From positions 900,001-932,000 of the forward strand of contig NZ_AP012549.1 of assembly GCF_000829235.1 (NCBI RefSeq): a stretch of DNA of 32,000 nt, written 5' to 3'. The position numbers were made by a program, and so were the translations under genes. Origin of the DNA: a cyanobacterium endosymbiont of Epithemia turgida isolate EtSB Lake Yunoko. GTDB taxonomy: Bacteria > Cyanobacteriota > Cyanobacteriia > Cyanobacteriales > Microcystaceae. Positions 20,651 through 30,025 of the stretch are shown here, piece after piece. The stretch's first letter is position 1. Each line of letters starts with the position of its first letter. The notes beneath the pieces were generated by a model, which was not told where the DNA came from, searched no databases, and saw only the letters and a list, made by a program, of their open reading frames with translations.

Positions 20651-20759
20651 CCTACGTTAGCAGACTTAGGGTACAGTGGTAAATCAGGTTAGAAAACCTA
20701 TAAACCAGACCAGGTCACAATTTAATTGTACCTTATTCTAATATTAAAACCTGTCAACC

Positions 20760-20806
20760 TTGCCTTAGTTTAAAGTTTTTTTAGGAAAAATTTTAAACTA
20801 AGGCAA
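20760..20806. repeat. Long hairpin (15 perfect bp, then a G.U pair, then 5 more bp)
   Basis: TTGCCTTAGTTTAAA (20760-20774) pairs with TTTAAACTAAGGCAA (20792-20806). Pairing continues inward through G20775.T20791 and T20776-T20780 with A20886... corrected: A20786-A20790. It lies about 110 nt upstream of the petH N-terminal remnant. Confidence 0.8.
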
Positions 20807-21343
20807 AAGGCAACAATAATTGATACTCAACGCTTGAAGTGTAGATTAAATTAGAATTTTCAGCTTGGAACTGATGAATATTTAGTATACTCGCTATACT
20901 TTAAGCCTCCGCAGCAGCTGAGATACAAATTGCTCTCACATTATTTATTAGTCATTCAACTTATTTTTATTTCATTAGTCAGTCGATTATTAGCAATTAC
21001 AGTGGTTGAGCTTGAGAAGTCGTGCATCAATTCTTTCCCATTATGATTCATTAGGATTAGTGGGAAGTTTGTTTGCTTTATCTATTAAAATTAGTTTGGT
21101 CCGAAGAGTTGTTCTGGTTACTAGAGCTTCCTTTTTGACTATTTTATCTCGAAGATGTTACATAGATAGCTATGGGTATTTTGCATTTAAAGCACCCCAA
21201 AAAAGCAGCTTAATTATTGAAATAATATTGTGCCTAGCCTTTTAAAGTTTCATGGCTTAGCCATGATAGCAGCCCAGAAGTCAGCATTTTAAAGTAAAAA
21301 TTATTACTAAAAAGTAAAGATAATTAATTTTATTAAAGTAGAG

Positions 21344-21380
21344 AAAAATATCTTGATTAAAATAAAAATATCTTGATTAA
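21344..21380. repeat. Tandem duplication, 20-bp period, two copies
   Basis: AAAAATATCTTGATTAA occurs at 21344-21360 and again at 21364-21380. Confidence 0.85.
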
Positions 21381-22199
21381 GAGAATAATATATTTTAACT
21401 ATAAACGATCAATCTTTTACTAGAAAATCATAAATTTAGTTGACTATCGTCGCATCAGGATGTCAGCAGCGTGTGTCTTAAAATTTACTAATCTTTATTT
21501 TTTAAAAAAAGAACTTTTTCTACGGGTTAGGGTAGTTATATTCTTGATATAAATTGCTACGTTTACCAAAACTGTAGATTTATATATAGCCATTAATGAG
21601 TTTTTATTAAGTTCAATAACATAAAATATTTACTATATAAGATAATAAAAAATTAATATCAATTTAGATTGATTAAAGTCAAGTAATATTTAGTAAATCA
21701 ATGATTTATTGTAAAAGTTTGAGATTTTAAAGTTGACTATTTTATTCATTTTTAGACTAGACAATGAAGTGTTAGGTATTAGTACATGTATTTTATTCAC
21801 TTTATGTCTACCGGAGATGCTGAACTATTGAACAATTGTATCTGAGCTCAATATAGAGATTTCAAACAATAATCTTGTTAAGAATAAAAACTAATTGAAC
21901 CAACTATGAAATATCATATTCCTGCAGGTATTTTTCATGGTTTTTAAAAAAATTAGGATTGACTAGTCAGATATATATTTATTTTATGATTACTGTAACT
22001 AAATACGTCTTGTTATCAACAGTTAATTACGACATTGTTTATTAAATAAAACGGTAGAGATTAATCTAAAAAATAATTACCATCAATAGCATAGTAAAGT
22101 ATCTTCCTGTATTATCTAAAATTAGACTAATTCTGTACTGGCAGTAAAATCATCGCAACTAAAGAGTATATAGCTCTCTTTTGTACTATTATTAGTATC

Positions 22200-22248
22200 A
22201 TTTCATTACCATTAGCATAAGTTATACTTATGCTAATGGTAATGAAAT
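22200..22248. repeat. 49-bp perfect inverted repeat (23-bp arms, 3-nt spacer)
   Basis: ATTTCATTACCATTAGCATAAGT-TAT-ACTTATGCTAATGGTAATGAAAT. All 23 pairs were checked individually. Confidence 0.9.
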
Positions 22249-22656
22249 AAAAGGGGTTGTTTCTATTGAGGTCTAAAAAATTGAAAGATTAAATTGTTAT
22301 TTGTCCTAAAAATTATAGATATTTTATTTTTTAATTTAGTATGAATATTTTTTTATTCAATTTATTTAAACACTAAATTTAGTTACTTAAAAAGTTAGTT
22401 AGGTAAATAGATAAAAATTTATTCACTATTTTTTATAGGACAATTTTTTTATTAAATTAAGGAAATTTTTATTCTCTATATTTAGAGAATAAGTGCCAAA
22501 TACATCAAGGCAATATGTTAAACATCTATACCTTTATTAATCTCCAAATATTAGTGAATTTCAGAATTACTGGATAAATATTCATTAATATGAAATTGTA
22601 TTTCAGGTACGGGATAAATTATTTATTGAAAATATAAGCTAGATTGTTTTTTCAAA

Positions 22657-22701
22657 AAATTTAAACATTCTTTGAGGTTATATCAAAGAATGTTTAAATT
22701 T
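22657..22701. repeat. 19-bp perfect inverted repeat with 7-nt loop
   Basis: AAATTTAAACATTCTTTGA (22657-22675), loop GGTTATA, then TCAAAGAATGTTTAAATTT (22683-22701). Confidence 0.9.
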
Positions 22702-23245
22702 ATCTAGTTTTACTCATAATCATACCCTAGGATAAATTACTATCTAAAAATAAATATTTTTCAATAGTTGTTTAAATATTATTTCCCTAGATATCACTTC
22801 CTTAGGAATGTTCAGTATATACCAGGAATAAACTTATGAAAAATTAGCTACTGGATTTTAAATTAAAATAGAACAAAATAAATATTAGAGTATTATTTTT
22901 TCTGTAGTAAAGATAACTGTTTTTACATAATTTTTTACCACAAATAATAGACTAAGACTACATTATATAAAAAACTAATTTTGCTGTCTATCTATATATT
23001 TGACAATCAAAATATCACGATCAACTCTTATATTTAATTTAAAATATTAGTTTTAGTTAAACTCTAATAGATATTTAATTTAACGCCAATATCATTAATA
23101 TTGTATTTTACATAGGTTTTTGCTCTATTTTAAAGTAAATTTTATTTATATAACTAAATAATAGATTAAACTAACTTACTATATTGCTCAACAGGTTTTT
23201 ATGATAATTGATTATAACTTTTTTTTAAAAAAGGTCTATTATAAG

Positions 23246-24040
23246 TCACTTTTTTCCCAGAAAAATATTTATATGATCTCCCCAATTAACTTGTAATTTC
23301 TGTTGAGCACTACCGCCATTGACTGCAATTTCTACCCAGCCATGACTACCGATAAAACTGACTAATTCTTCTCGAGTCACTTCACTATAAGTCAATGCAG
23401 TCTTAATCTGTTGTTTCGCTATTTCAACTGACCAATTATGATCCCTAACTAACTTTCCTGAAATATTAGTAATAAGGTTACCAAAACGGTCAATGTATTG
23501 AATGCAACCATGAACATGGTTAGCGGTTATTATTACTTCCTTAAGGGGCAATTTAATTAAACTATCAGGACTAATACAATTTCCTAAAACGTTGAGAGAA
23601 ATCCCACTGGCTAAATGTGCCCCTACGGGAGCGAAAATATCCCTTCCATGAAAAGTCAAACTGGGATGTCTAACTCTCCAATAATTAGGGTTTGTCAACT
23701 CCACCGCGACGATTGCCTCAGATAAACTCAGAACACCGCCAAATAAGCCGTTGTCAGGTCCTACCAAATACCCTTGAGAAAATTGAATCGCAACCCCTCT
23801 TCGTCGACTTCCTACTCCTGGATCGATAACCGCAACATATACCGTTCCATTCGGGAGGAAAGAATAAGCATTCATCAAACAAAACCGTCCGGCGGCAATA
23901 TTCTGGGGGGGGATTTCATGGGCAATATCGATAACAGTCAAGTAGGGGTTGATACAGGCGATCGCTCCTTTGATGATTCCTACATAACCATCTTGTAAGC
24001 CAAAGTCAGTTAATAGGGCGATCACAGTCGTATAAGTCAT
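23246..24040 (-). CDS. SAM hydroxide adenosyltransferase family protein (DUF62; fluorinase/chlorinase-like fold)
   Basis: 264 aa. N-terminal LLTDFGLQDGYVGIIKG, VIDPGVGSRRRG and GPDNGL are typical of this family. Contains a perfect HIP1 at 23958-23965. Confidence 0.85.
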   Translation of the reverse strand: MTYTTVIALLTDFGLQDGYVGIIKGAIACINPYLTVIDIAHEIPPQNIAAGRFCLMNAYSFLPNGTVYVAVIDPGVGSRRRGVAIQFSQGYLVGPDNGLFGGVLSLSEAIVAVELTNPNYWRVRHPSLTFHGRDIFAPVGAHLASGISLNVLGNCISPDSLIKLPLKEVIITANHVHGCIQYIDRFGNLITNISGKLVRDHNWSVEIAKQQIKTALTYSEVTREELVSFIGSHGWVEIAVNGGSAQQKLQVNWGDHINIFLGKK

Positions 24041-24374
24041 GAGTTATAGCAAGGAATAAAGTTAAATCTGTGTTAAGTGTTGGGAACAAGGACTACAAAG
24101 TAGTCTACTTATTATCTTTAATAAACCATTATTACTTAACACTAAAATACTTTTTCTGTTGTTCAGTATTATCAGTATTAAGAGACTGTTTATCAAGCTG
24201 TCTTATTGGTGCGTTAACGCAGAGAAATAAAAGTAGTTTGCCTAGCAAACTATAAACTTAATGTTTTGTTTGAAAATAGTCTTTAAGGATTTTTGTATTT
24301 ACAGAAGGGTACAATCAGGTTAACAATAGATAAGAGGTTATTTATCACCGTCATTTATGTCTGATCCCTAGAAA

Positions 24375-25064
24375 ATGCCTAGTCAGGCTTATGATATGAT
24401 TTGAGATGCGTTAAATCGCTTAATCAAGATAGTGGCTAAACTGCGATCACCTGATGATGGATGTCCCTGGGATCTTGCCCAAACTCCCCAAACTCTCATT
24501 CCTTACGTCATTGAAGAAGCTCATGAATTGGTTTACGCTATCAAAAACAAAGATCATCAAGCTATTGTCGAGGAATTAGGAGATTTATTATTACAGGTAA
24601 TACTGTAAGCGCAAATTACTAGTGATAAGGGACATTTCAGTTTAAAAGAAGCTGATCAAGGAATTACTAACAAACTAATCTGTCGTCATCCTCATGTTTT
24701 TGGAGATATAGAGGTCAAAAATCAAAAAGAAGTCCGTCAAAATCGGGAAAAAATCAAAGCCCAAGAGGAGAGAGAAACTTCAGAAATGGCTCAACTATTA
24801 AGTCGAAAACTCAGTCGCTATAATCCAACTTTACCCCCTTCAATGGCTAGTAATAAAATTTTAGTTAAAGCTGTATCTTCCGGTATTGTATGGTTTAAGT
24901 TCCTCAGAGGTTTTGTCAGGAAGCAATGAGAGGTTTACTCAACAGTTATCAATAATTGAGACTTTTGCTGAGCGTTACTCAACAGATTACACTTGAAACG
25001 AGTTAGAAATCTTGTAGCAAAAAGCGAAAGAATACTTAAACTAATAGTAAACTACTCTTTATAA
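24375..25064 (+). pseudogene. mazG: Nucleoside triphosphate pyrophosphohydrolase MazG, decayed
   Basis: A single frame reads MPSQAYDMI*DALNRLIKIVAKLRSPDDGCPWDLAQTPQTLIPYVIEEAHELVYAI...EELGDLLLQVIL*AQITSDKGHFSL...RHPHVFGD. In-frame stops are at 24402-24404, 24606-24608, 24927-24929, 24957-24959 and 24969-24971. The second MazG domain is reduced to fragments (IVWFKF.., NRLHLKRVRNLVA). Confidence 0.85.
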
Positions 25065-25081
25065 AAACTATTGAGATTTTT

Positions 25082-25672
25082 ATGAGTTTAGATCAAGAGA
25101 AAGCAAATAGTTCCACTGATTGTGATTTAAAAAGGGAGAAGAATCAAGTTTGGAGAGTACTCTTGGAAAACATGCAAATTATCGTTGTTGCTTTAATTTT
25201 ATCACTCATCATTCGTACTTTTATTGCTGAACCACGTTATATTCCGTCTGAGTCTATGTTGCCGACTTTAGAAGAAGGTGATCGCTTGATAGTGGAAAAA
25301 ATTTCTTATTATTTTCATCCTCCCAAAAGAGGTGATGTTGTTGTATTTGAACCTCCTATACAATTGAGATTACAGGGATATAAAAAAGAACAAGCCTTTA
25401 TAAAAAGAGTTGTTGGCGTTGGAGGAGAAACCGTCGCAGTTATCGATGGAAAAGTATACATTGACAACCAATTAATCCCGGAAGATTATATTTTAGAATC
25501 TCCTCGTTATAACTTAAAACCTATTACTATTCCCGATAGCAAATTATTTGTTATGGGAGATAATCGAAATAACAGTAACGATTCTCATATCTGGGGTTTT
25601 TTGCCTCAAAAAAATATAATTGGCCATGCAGTTTTTAGATTCTTCCCTTTTCAGCGAATTGGTAATGTTTAA
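25082..25672 (+). CDS. lepB: Signal peptidase I
   Basis: 196 aa. One TM segment, catalytic Ser box SESMLPTL, Lys box FIKRVVGVGGE, and GDNRNNSNDSHIWGFLP. Confidence 0.92.
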   Translation: MSLDQEKANSSTDCDLKREKNQVWRVLLENMQIIVVALILSLIIRTFIAEPRYIPSESMLPTLEEGDRLIVEKISYYFHPPKRGDVVVFEPPIQLRLQGYKKEQAFIKRVVGVGGETVAVIDGKVYIDNQLIPEDYILESPRYNLKPITIPDSKLFVMGDNRNNSNDSHIWGFLPQKNIIGHAVFRFFPFQRIGNV

Positions 25673-25800
25673 AGAGTTAATCCTTAAAAGTTTGCTCAGC
25701 AATGACTTTCAGGAAACTTCACTGGTTGTTTCATGTATTCCGAGCCAATTTTAGTATATTTTGCTGTATAAGCTATTAGTATCCTAAGTTTAATATGCTT

Positions 25801-26625
25801 CTAAGCCTGTTTTAGAGTATTTTCTAACCAATCATACCAAATCGATAATCCTTCTCCTGTAATTGAAGAAACCTGAAAAATGCAAATATTAGGATTAACT
25901 TGTTTGGCATAATCTAAACAGCGGTTTAGATTAAACTGGAGATAGGGAAGTAGATCAATTTTGTTTAAAATCATTACATTACTTTTTTGAAACATATGGG
26001 GGTATTTTATTGGTTTATCTTCTCCTTCTGTTACAGAAAGAATAGCCACTTTAGCATATTCACCCAAATCAAATAATGCTGGACAGACTAAATTTCCTAC
26101 GTTTTCGATCATTAAAATAGAATTAGTAGAAGGATTTAATTCTGTGCAACCTTTTTCTACCATTGCTGCTTCTAGATGACATCCCATCCCTGTATTAATT
26201 TGAATGACTTTACATCCTGTTTTTTTTATTTTACGAGCATCATTTGCCGTTTCTTGATCTCCTTCAATTACACTAATCTTTATCCTATCTTTTAAATCTT
26301 CAATCGTTCGAGTTAATAGAGTTGTTTTTCCTGAACCTGGAGAACTTACTAAATTTAACGCCAGAATATTATTACTTTTGAACCAAACTCGATTTTTTGC
26401 TGCAATCAAGTCATTTTTTGTTAGAATATTTTTCTCTAAGCTGATGGTTGTGCCGTGTATTTGAGAATGAGTTTGGAATGGTTTAGTTGTGGAATGAGAA
26501 TGAGTAACCACTGTCCCATCATCTAGAATATGGGTGTGGTGGTGTTCATTCACTGTTGTAACCTCTGTTTCAAGATTAGTGAACCGTACTTGACTATCAC
26601 CTAAACAACCGCAAGTTACACACAT
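25801..26625 (-). CDS. hypB: Hydrogenase nickel-incorporation GTPase HypB
   Basis: N-terminal CxxCGC (MCVTCGC), a His-rich stretch, the P-loop SSPGSGKTTLL, and ENVGNLVCP. Confidence 0.93.
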   Translation of the reverse strand: MCVTCGCLGDSQVRFTNLETEVTTVNEHHHTHILDDGTVVTHSHSTTKPFQTHSQIHGTTISLEKNILTKNDLIAAKNRVWFKSNNILALNLVSSPGSGKTTLLTRTIEDLKDRIKISVIEGDQETANDARKIKKTGCKVIQINTGMGCHLEAAMVEKGCTELNPSTNSILMIENVGNLVCPALFDLGEYAKVAILSVTEGEDKPIKYPHMFQKSNVMILNKIDLLPYLQFNLNRCLDYAKQVNPNICIFQVSSITGEGLSIWYDWLENTLKQA

Positions 26626-26628
26626 GTT

Positions 26629-26961
26629 TTATTGTACCTCCATTTCTTTAATTTTTAACTCTTGTCCCTGAATAATATCCAACTTAGCACTGTGACAGCA
26701 ATCACAACTACCAAAGGGTTGAGAAAGGTTCATTTCGGACCCACAGTCCTGACATTTTCCTCTCCCTGGAACTTCGATGATTTCTAAAGTTGCGCCTTCT
26801 AAAACTGTCCCTTGACAACAAATCTCAAAACAAAAATGAATTGCATCAGCCATAATTGTTGAAAGTTGTCCTATCTCTAGAGTAACACGCCTAACTGATA
26901 ATCCTTTAGCGTGTTCAGCTACAATAGCTACAATATTCTGAGTTATTCCTAATTCATGCAT
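26629..26961 (-). CDS. hypA: Hydrogenase maturation nickel metallochaperone HypA
   Basis: Canonical MHELGI N-terminus at ATG 26959-26961; an upstream ATG at 26970 would add 3 aa. Zinc site CQDC...CDCC. The stop lies 3 nt upstream of the hypB start. Confidence 0.9.
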   Translation of the reverse strand: MHELGITQNIVAIVAEHAKGLSVRRVTLEIGQLSTIMADAIHFCFEICCQGTVLEGATLEIIEVPGRGKCQDCGSEMNLSQPFGSCDCCHSAKLDIIQGQELKIKEMEVQ

Positions 26962-27319
26962 AAACTCCATAAAATTTATTACAATCCTACAATAGGACGT
27001 TTGACTTTACACTGTCAAGACTATATTTAACTGAATATTTTCTATTTTCTTTTTTAGAAGATTTTAAGTAATTTGGTTACAATCAATGTTTTATCCTTAA
27101 TAGCTATTTGAATCTAACCATTTAATAAAAACCAATCTAAAACTAGATTACATGTCCACCAAATATCGGAATTAATCGAAGGTTATATCAGCAAATACTA
27201 ACAATTTTAGACTCTCTTTCATCATAATCATGCTTATAATCGGGACAGGATTCTTCATTTTATGATCGTATTTCTTAGTTAGCCTTTACAATACACGATA
27301 GTAATTACTATTTTATGTT

Positions 27320-28069
27320 ATGCCTCGAATACTAGTAATAGACGATGATGCTGCAATTGCTGAATTAGTCTCCATTAATCTGGAGATGGCCGGTTATGAT
27401 GTCAATCAAGCAGAAGACGGCATTAAAGGACAAGCTTTAGCCGTCCAATTACAGCCAGACCTAATTATGCTTGATCTGATGTTGCCTAAGGTCGATGGTT
27501 TCACTGTCTGTCAGCGACTGCGCCGAGATGATCGCACAGCCGATATTCCGGTATTGATGTTAAGTGCTTTAGGACAAACTCAAGATAAAGTAGAAGGATT
27601 TAATGCAGGGGCTGATGACTATCTCACCAAACCCTTTGAGGTAGAAGAAATGTTAGCCAGGGTACGGGCGTTGTTACGACGAACTGATCGAATTCCTCAA
27701 GCAGCTAAACATTCAGAAATCCTTAACTATGGTCCATTAACCTTGATTCCAGAGCGATTTGAAGCCATTTGGTTTGAAAAAACTGTCAAGTTGACTCATC
27801 TAGAATTTGAATTACTTCACTGTCTCTTGCAACGTCACGGACAAACTGTCTCTCCGAGTGAAATTCTTAAAGAAGTTTGGGGATATGATCCCGATGACGA
27901 CATTGAAACCATTCGGGTTCATATCCGCCACTTAAGGACTAAATTAGAACCCGATCCTAGACATCCTTGCTATATAAAAACTGTGTATGGTGCAGGTTAT
28001 TGTCTAGAGTTGCCCAGTGCTGAACAACAACTTATTGAACAACCTGAACCTAATGCAGCCAGTGTTTAA
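27320..28069 (+). CDS. rpaA: OmpR-family response regulator, RpaA type (circadian/redox output regulator)
   Basis: 249 aa. Receiver domain with the phospho-acceptor context [13 protein letters not shown]. The long blocks [50 protein letters not shown] and [56 protein letters not shown] match RpaA as I recall it. Confidence 0.88.
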   Translation: MPRILVIDDDAAIAELVSINLEMAGYDVNQAEDGIKGQALAVQLQPDLIMLDLMLPKVDGFTVCQRLRRDDRTADIPVLMLSALGQTQDKVEGFNAGADDYLTKPFEVEEMLARVRALLRRTDRIPQAAKHSEILNYGPLTLIPERFEAIWFEKTVKLTHLEFELLHCLLQRHGQTVSPSEILKEVWGYDPDDDIETIRVHIRHLRTKLEPDPRHPCYIKTVYGAGYCLELPSAEQQLIEQPEPNAASV

Positions 28070-28309
28070 GTGACCTAATGATCAGGGACAGATATTTCGG
28101 TTGTGAAGCCTTTAGCAACGATTAAAATGGGGGGTTGATAGCGATAAAATGTCCTAACGTTTATTTGTGAGGGAATCAATTTTTATCGTGAGATGATTAG
28201 GAAGTCATCAACTTCCCTTCCATAGTATGGGAAACTTAAGATACAATGAATCTTTGGTTTTGAAACCTACGTTAATAGGAAGTCTAATTTCCGGCTTGAC
28301 GATTTTTTT

Positions 28310-30025
28310 ATGTCCCCCCCCATTCAACCCTTACCTTCAGATGTTGTTAGCCTCATTGCTGCTGGAGAAGTAATTGACTCTCTAGCTGCGGTGGTGCGAG
28401 AGTTGTCCGAAAATGCTCTTGATGCTCAAGCAACTCGCCTAGTTATTTCCCTTTTACCAGAGGCCTGGCGTGTTAAGGTAGCAGATAATGGTGAAGGAAT
28501 GTCTCTTGATGACTTACGCAACTGTGCTAAACCTCACAGTACAAGTAAAATTACTCACTTCAATGATTTAGCTAAGATTACTAGTCTAGGATTTCGGGGA
28601 GAGGCATTACATAGTTTAGCCCAAGTCTGTGAGTTAGAAATTTCTAGTCGTTATTCTATAGACCCCCAAGGGATAGGATGGCATTTACATTACAATAAAC
28701 CAGGAGAACCTATAACAGAAAAACCAACGGCAATCGCCCCAGGAACAATAGTGACTGGATCAAATCTGTTTGTAAATATGCCAGTCCGTCGTCAAGGCTT
28801 ACCTTCCCTCTCGCAACAACTCAAAGAAGTACAAGCAATTGTTGAAAACCTCGCTTTATGTCATCCTCAGGTAAATTGGCAGGTCTGGCACAATGAGCGA
28901 TTGTGGCTTAACATTAGTCCAGGGAAAACAGCTCAGGATATTTTACCTCAACTCCTTAAACAGGTTCATCACCATGATTTACAATTCGTTTCACAACAGG
29001 TGAAAATTTTCGATAATTTTGGTTTGCAATCCTTGGAAAAGGCGCAATCAATGGGTTTCCCCTTACCTCCATTAGAAAAAAACGGATTAGTCGAAGTTAC
29101 TTTAGGATTGCCTGATCGCTGTCATCGCCGACGACCTGATTGGGTCAAGGTAGGAATTAATGGGCGCGTTGTTAGATTACCTCAATTAGAACAGACAATT
29201 TTAATGACTTTTAGTCGAACCTTACCTAAAGATCGTTTTCCTATTTGTTTTCTCAACTTGACTATTTCCCCTAATCACATTGATTGGAATCGCCACCCTA
29301 CTAAGGCTAAAATTTATCTTTATTCCCTTAATTTTTGGAAAAAAAAAATTTCTGAAATAATTGAACAAGGATTACGATTATTTCCTCAAACCCTGTCGAT
29401 AGCGGCTCAAAATCAACGAGTTGAAAAATTACTTAAGAATAAAAATTATAACATTATACCTAACACTTCTAATGAAATTAGATTAATGCCTTTGAAGGCG
29501 GTGGCACAGGTACGCAATACTTATATTGTGGCAGAACATTCAAGTGGATTATGGTTAATTGAACAACATATTGCTCAAGAACGAGTGTTGTACGAAAAGT
29601 TACAGAGAGACTGGGAATTTATAGGTTTAGATACCCCTATAATTTTAACAAAAATATTAAATTACCAAGTTGAACAATTACAAAGAATTGGGTTAGAAGT
29701 TGAAGAATTTGGTAGGGAAATGTGGGCAGTTCGTACGATTCCTAAAATATTAAGTCGACGCGACGATCTCCAAGATGCTTTAACAGAGTTAAGTTTGGGA
29801 GGTGATTTAGAAACGGCGCAAGTAGCTATTGCTTGTCGTAGTGCAATTCGCAATGGAACTCCGATGAATTTATTCCAGATGCAAGACCTTTTAGATAGTT
29901 GGAGAATAACTAAAAACCCCCGGACTTGTCCTCACGGTAGACCAATTTATTTATCCTTAGAAGATTCTTTTTTATCTCGGTTTTTTCTCCGTCATTGGGT
30001 AATCGGAAAAAGTCATGGAATTTAA
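28310..30025 (+). CDS. mutL: DNA mismatch repair protein MutL
   Basis: 571 aa. GHKL ATPase motifs ELSENALDA, DNGEGM and GFRGEAL. C-terminal endonuclease-type block EQHIAQERVLYE and CPHGRP. Contains a C8 run (28314-28321) and an A10 run (29339-29348). Confidence 0.93.
   Translation: MSPPIQPLPSDVVSLIAAGEVIDSLAAVVRELSENALDAQATRLVISLLPEAWRVKVADNGEGMSLDDLRNCAKPHSTSKITHFNDLAKITSLGFRGEALHSLAQVCELEISSRYSIDPQGIGWHLHYNKPGEPITEKPTAIAPGTIVTGSNLFVNMPVRRQGLPSLSQQLKEVQAIVENLALCHPQVNWQVWHNERLWLNISPGKTAQDILPQLLKQVHHHDLQFVSQQVKIFDNFGLQSLEKAQSMGFPLPPLEKNGLVEVTLGLPDRCHRRRPDWVKVGINGRVVRLPQLEQTILMTFSRTLPKDRFPICFLNLTISPNHIDWNRHPTKAKIYLYSLNFWKKKISEIIEQGLRLFPQTLSIAAQNQRVEKLLKNKNYNIIPNTSNEIRLMPLKAVAQVRNTYIVAEHSSGLWLIEQHIAQERVLYEKLQRDWEFIGLDTPIILTKILNYQVEQLQRIGLEVEEFGREMWAVRTIPKILSRRDDLQDALTELSLGGDLETAQVAIACRSAIRNGTPMNLFQMQDLLDSWRITKNPRTCPHGRPIYLSLEDSFLSRFFLRHWVIGKSHGI

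Larger units (their letters stand above)
20651..23245. other. AT-rich ORF-free tract (about 2.6 kb)
   Basis: The only ORF is a 79-aa non-ATG-start ORF of junk composition. Contains several long perfect hairpins and a 20-bp tandem duplication. Confidence 0.6.

Noticed and set aside
21006-21245. 79-aa ORF upstream of the petH remnant
   Set aside because: It has a TTG start, no recognisable family and composition-driven sequence. It is kept only as part of the ORF-free tract description. The 61-aa ORF at 24070-24255 is rejected on the same reasoning.
21344-21380. CRISPR-like repeat
   Set aside because: There are only two copies separated by 3 nt. There are no spacers of CRISPR length, no further repeats and no cas genes.
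20651-23245. AT-rich tracts as horizontally acquired islands or prophage remnants
   Set aside because: There is no integrase, transposase, phage or tRNA-attachment signature and no ORFs at all. One tract of the same kind (13582-15330) demonstrably derives from a resident gene.
27068-27080. NtcA-like site GTA-N-TAC in the hypA/rpaA divergent region
   Set aside because: The spacer is 7 nt rather than the canonical 8, and no appropriately placed -10 box follows.
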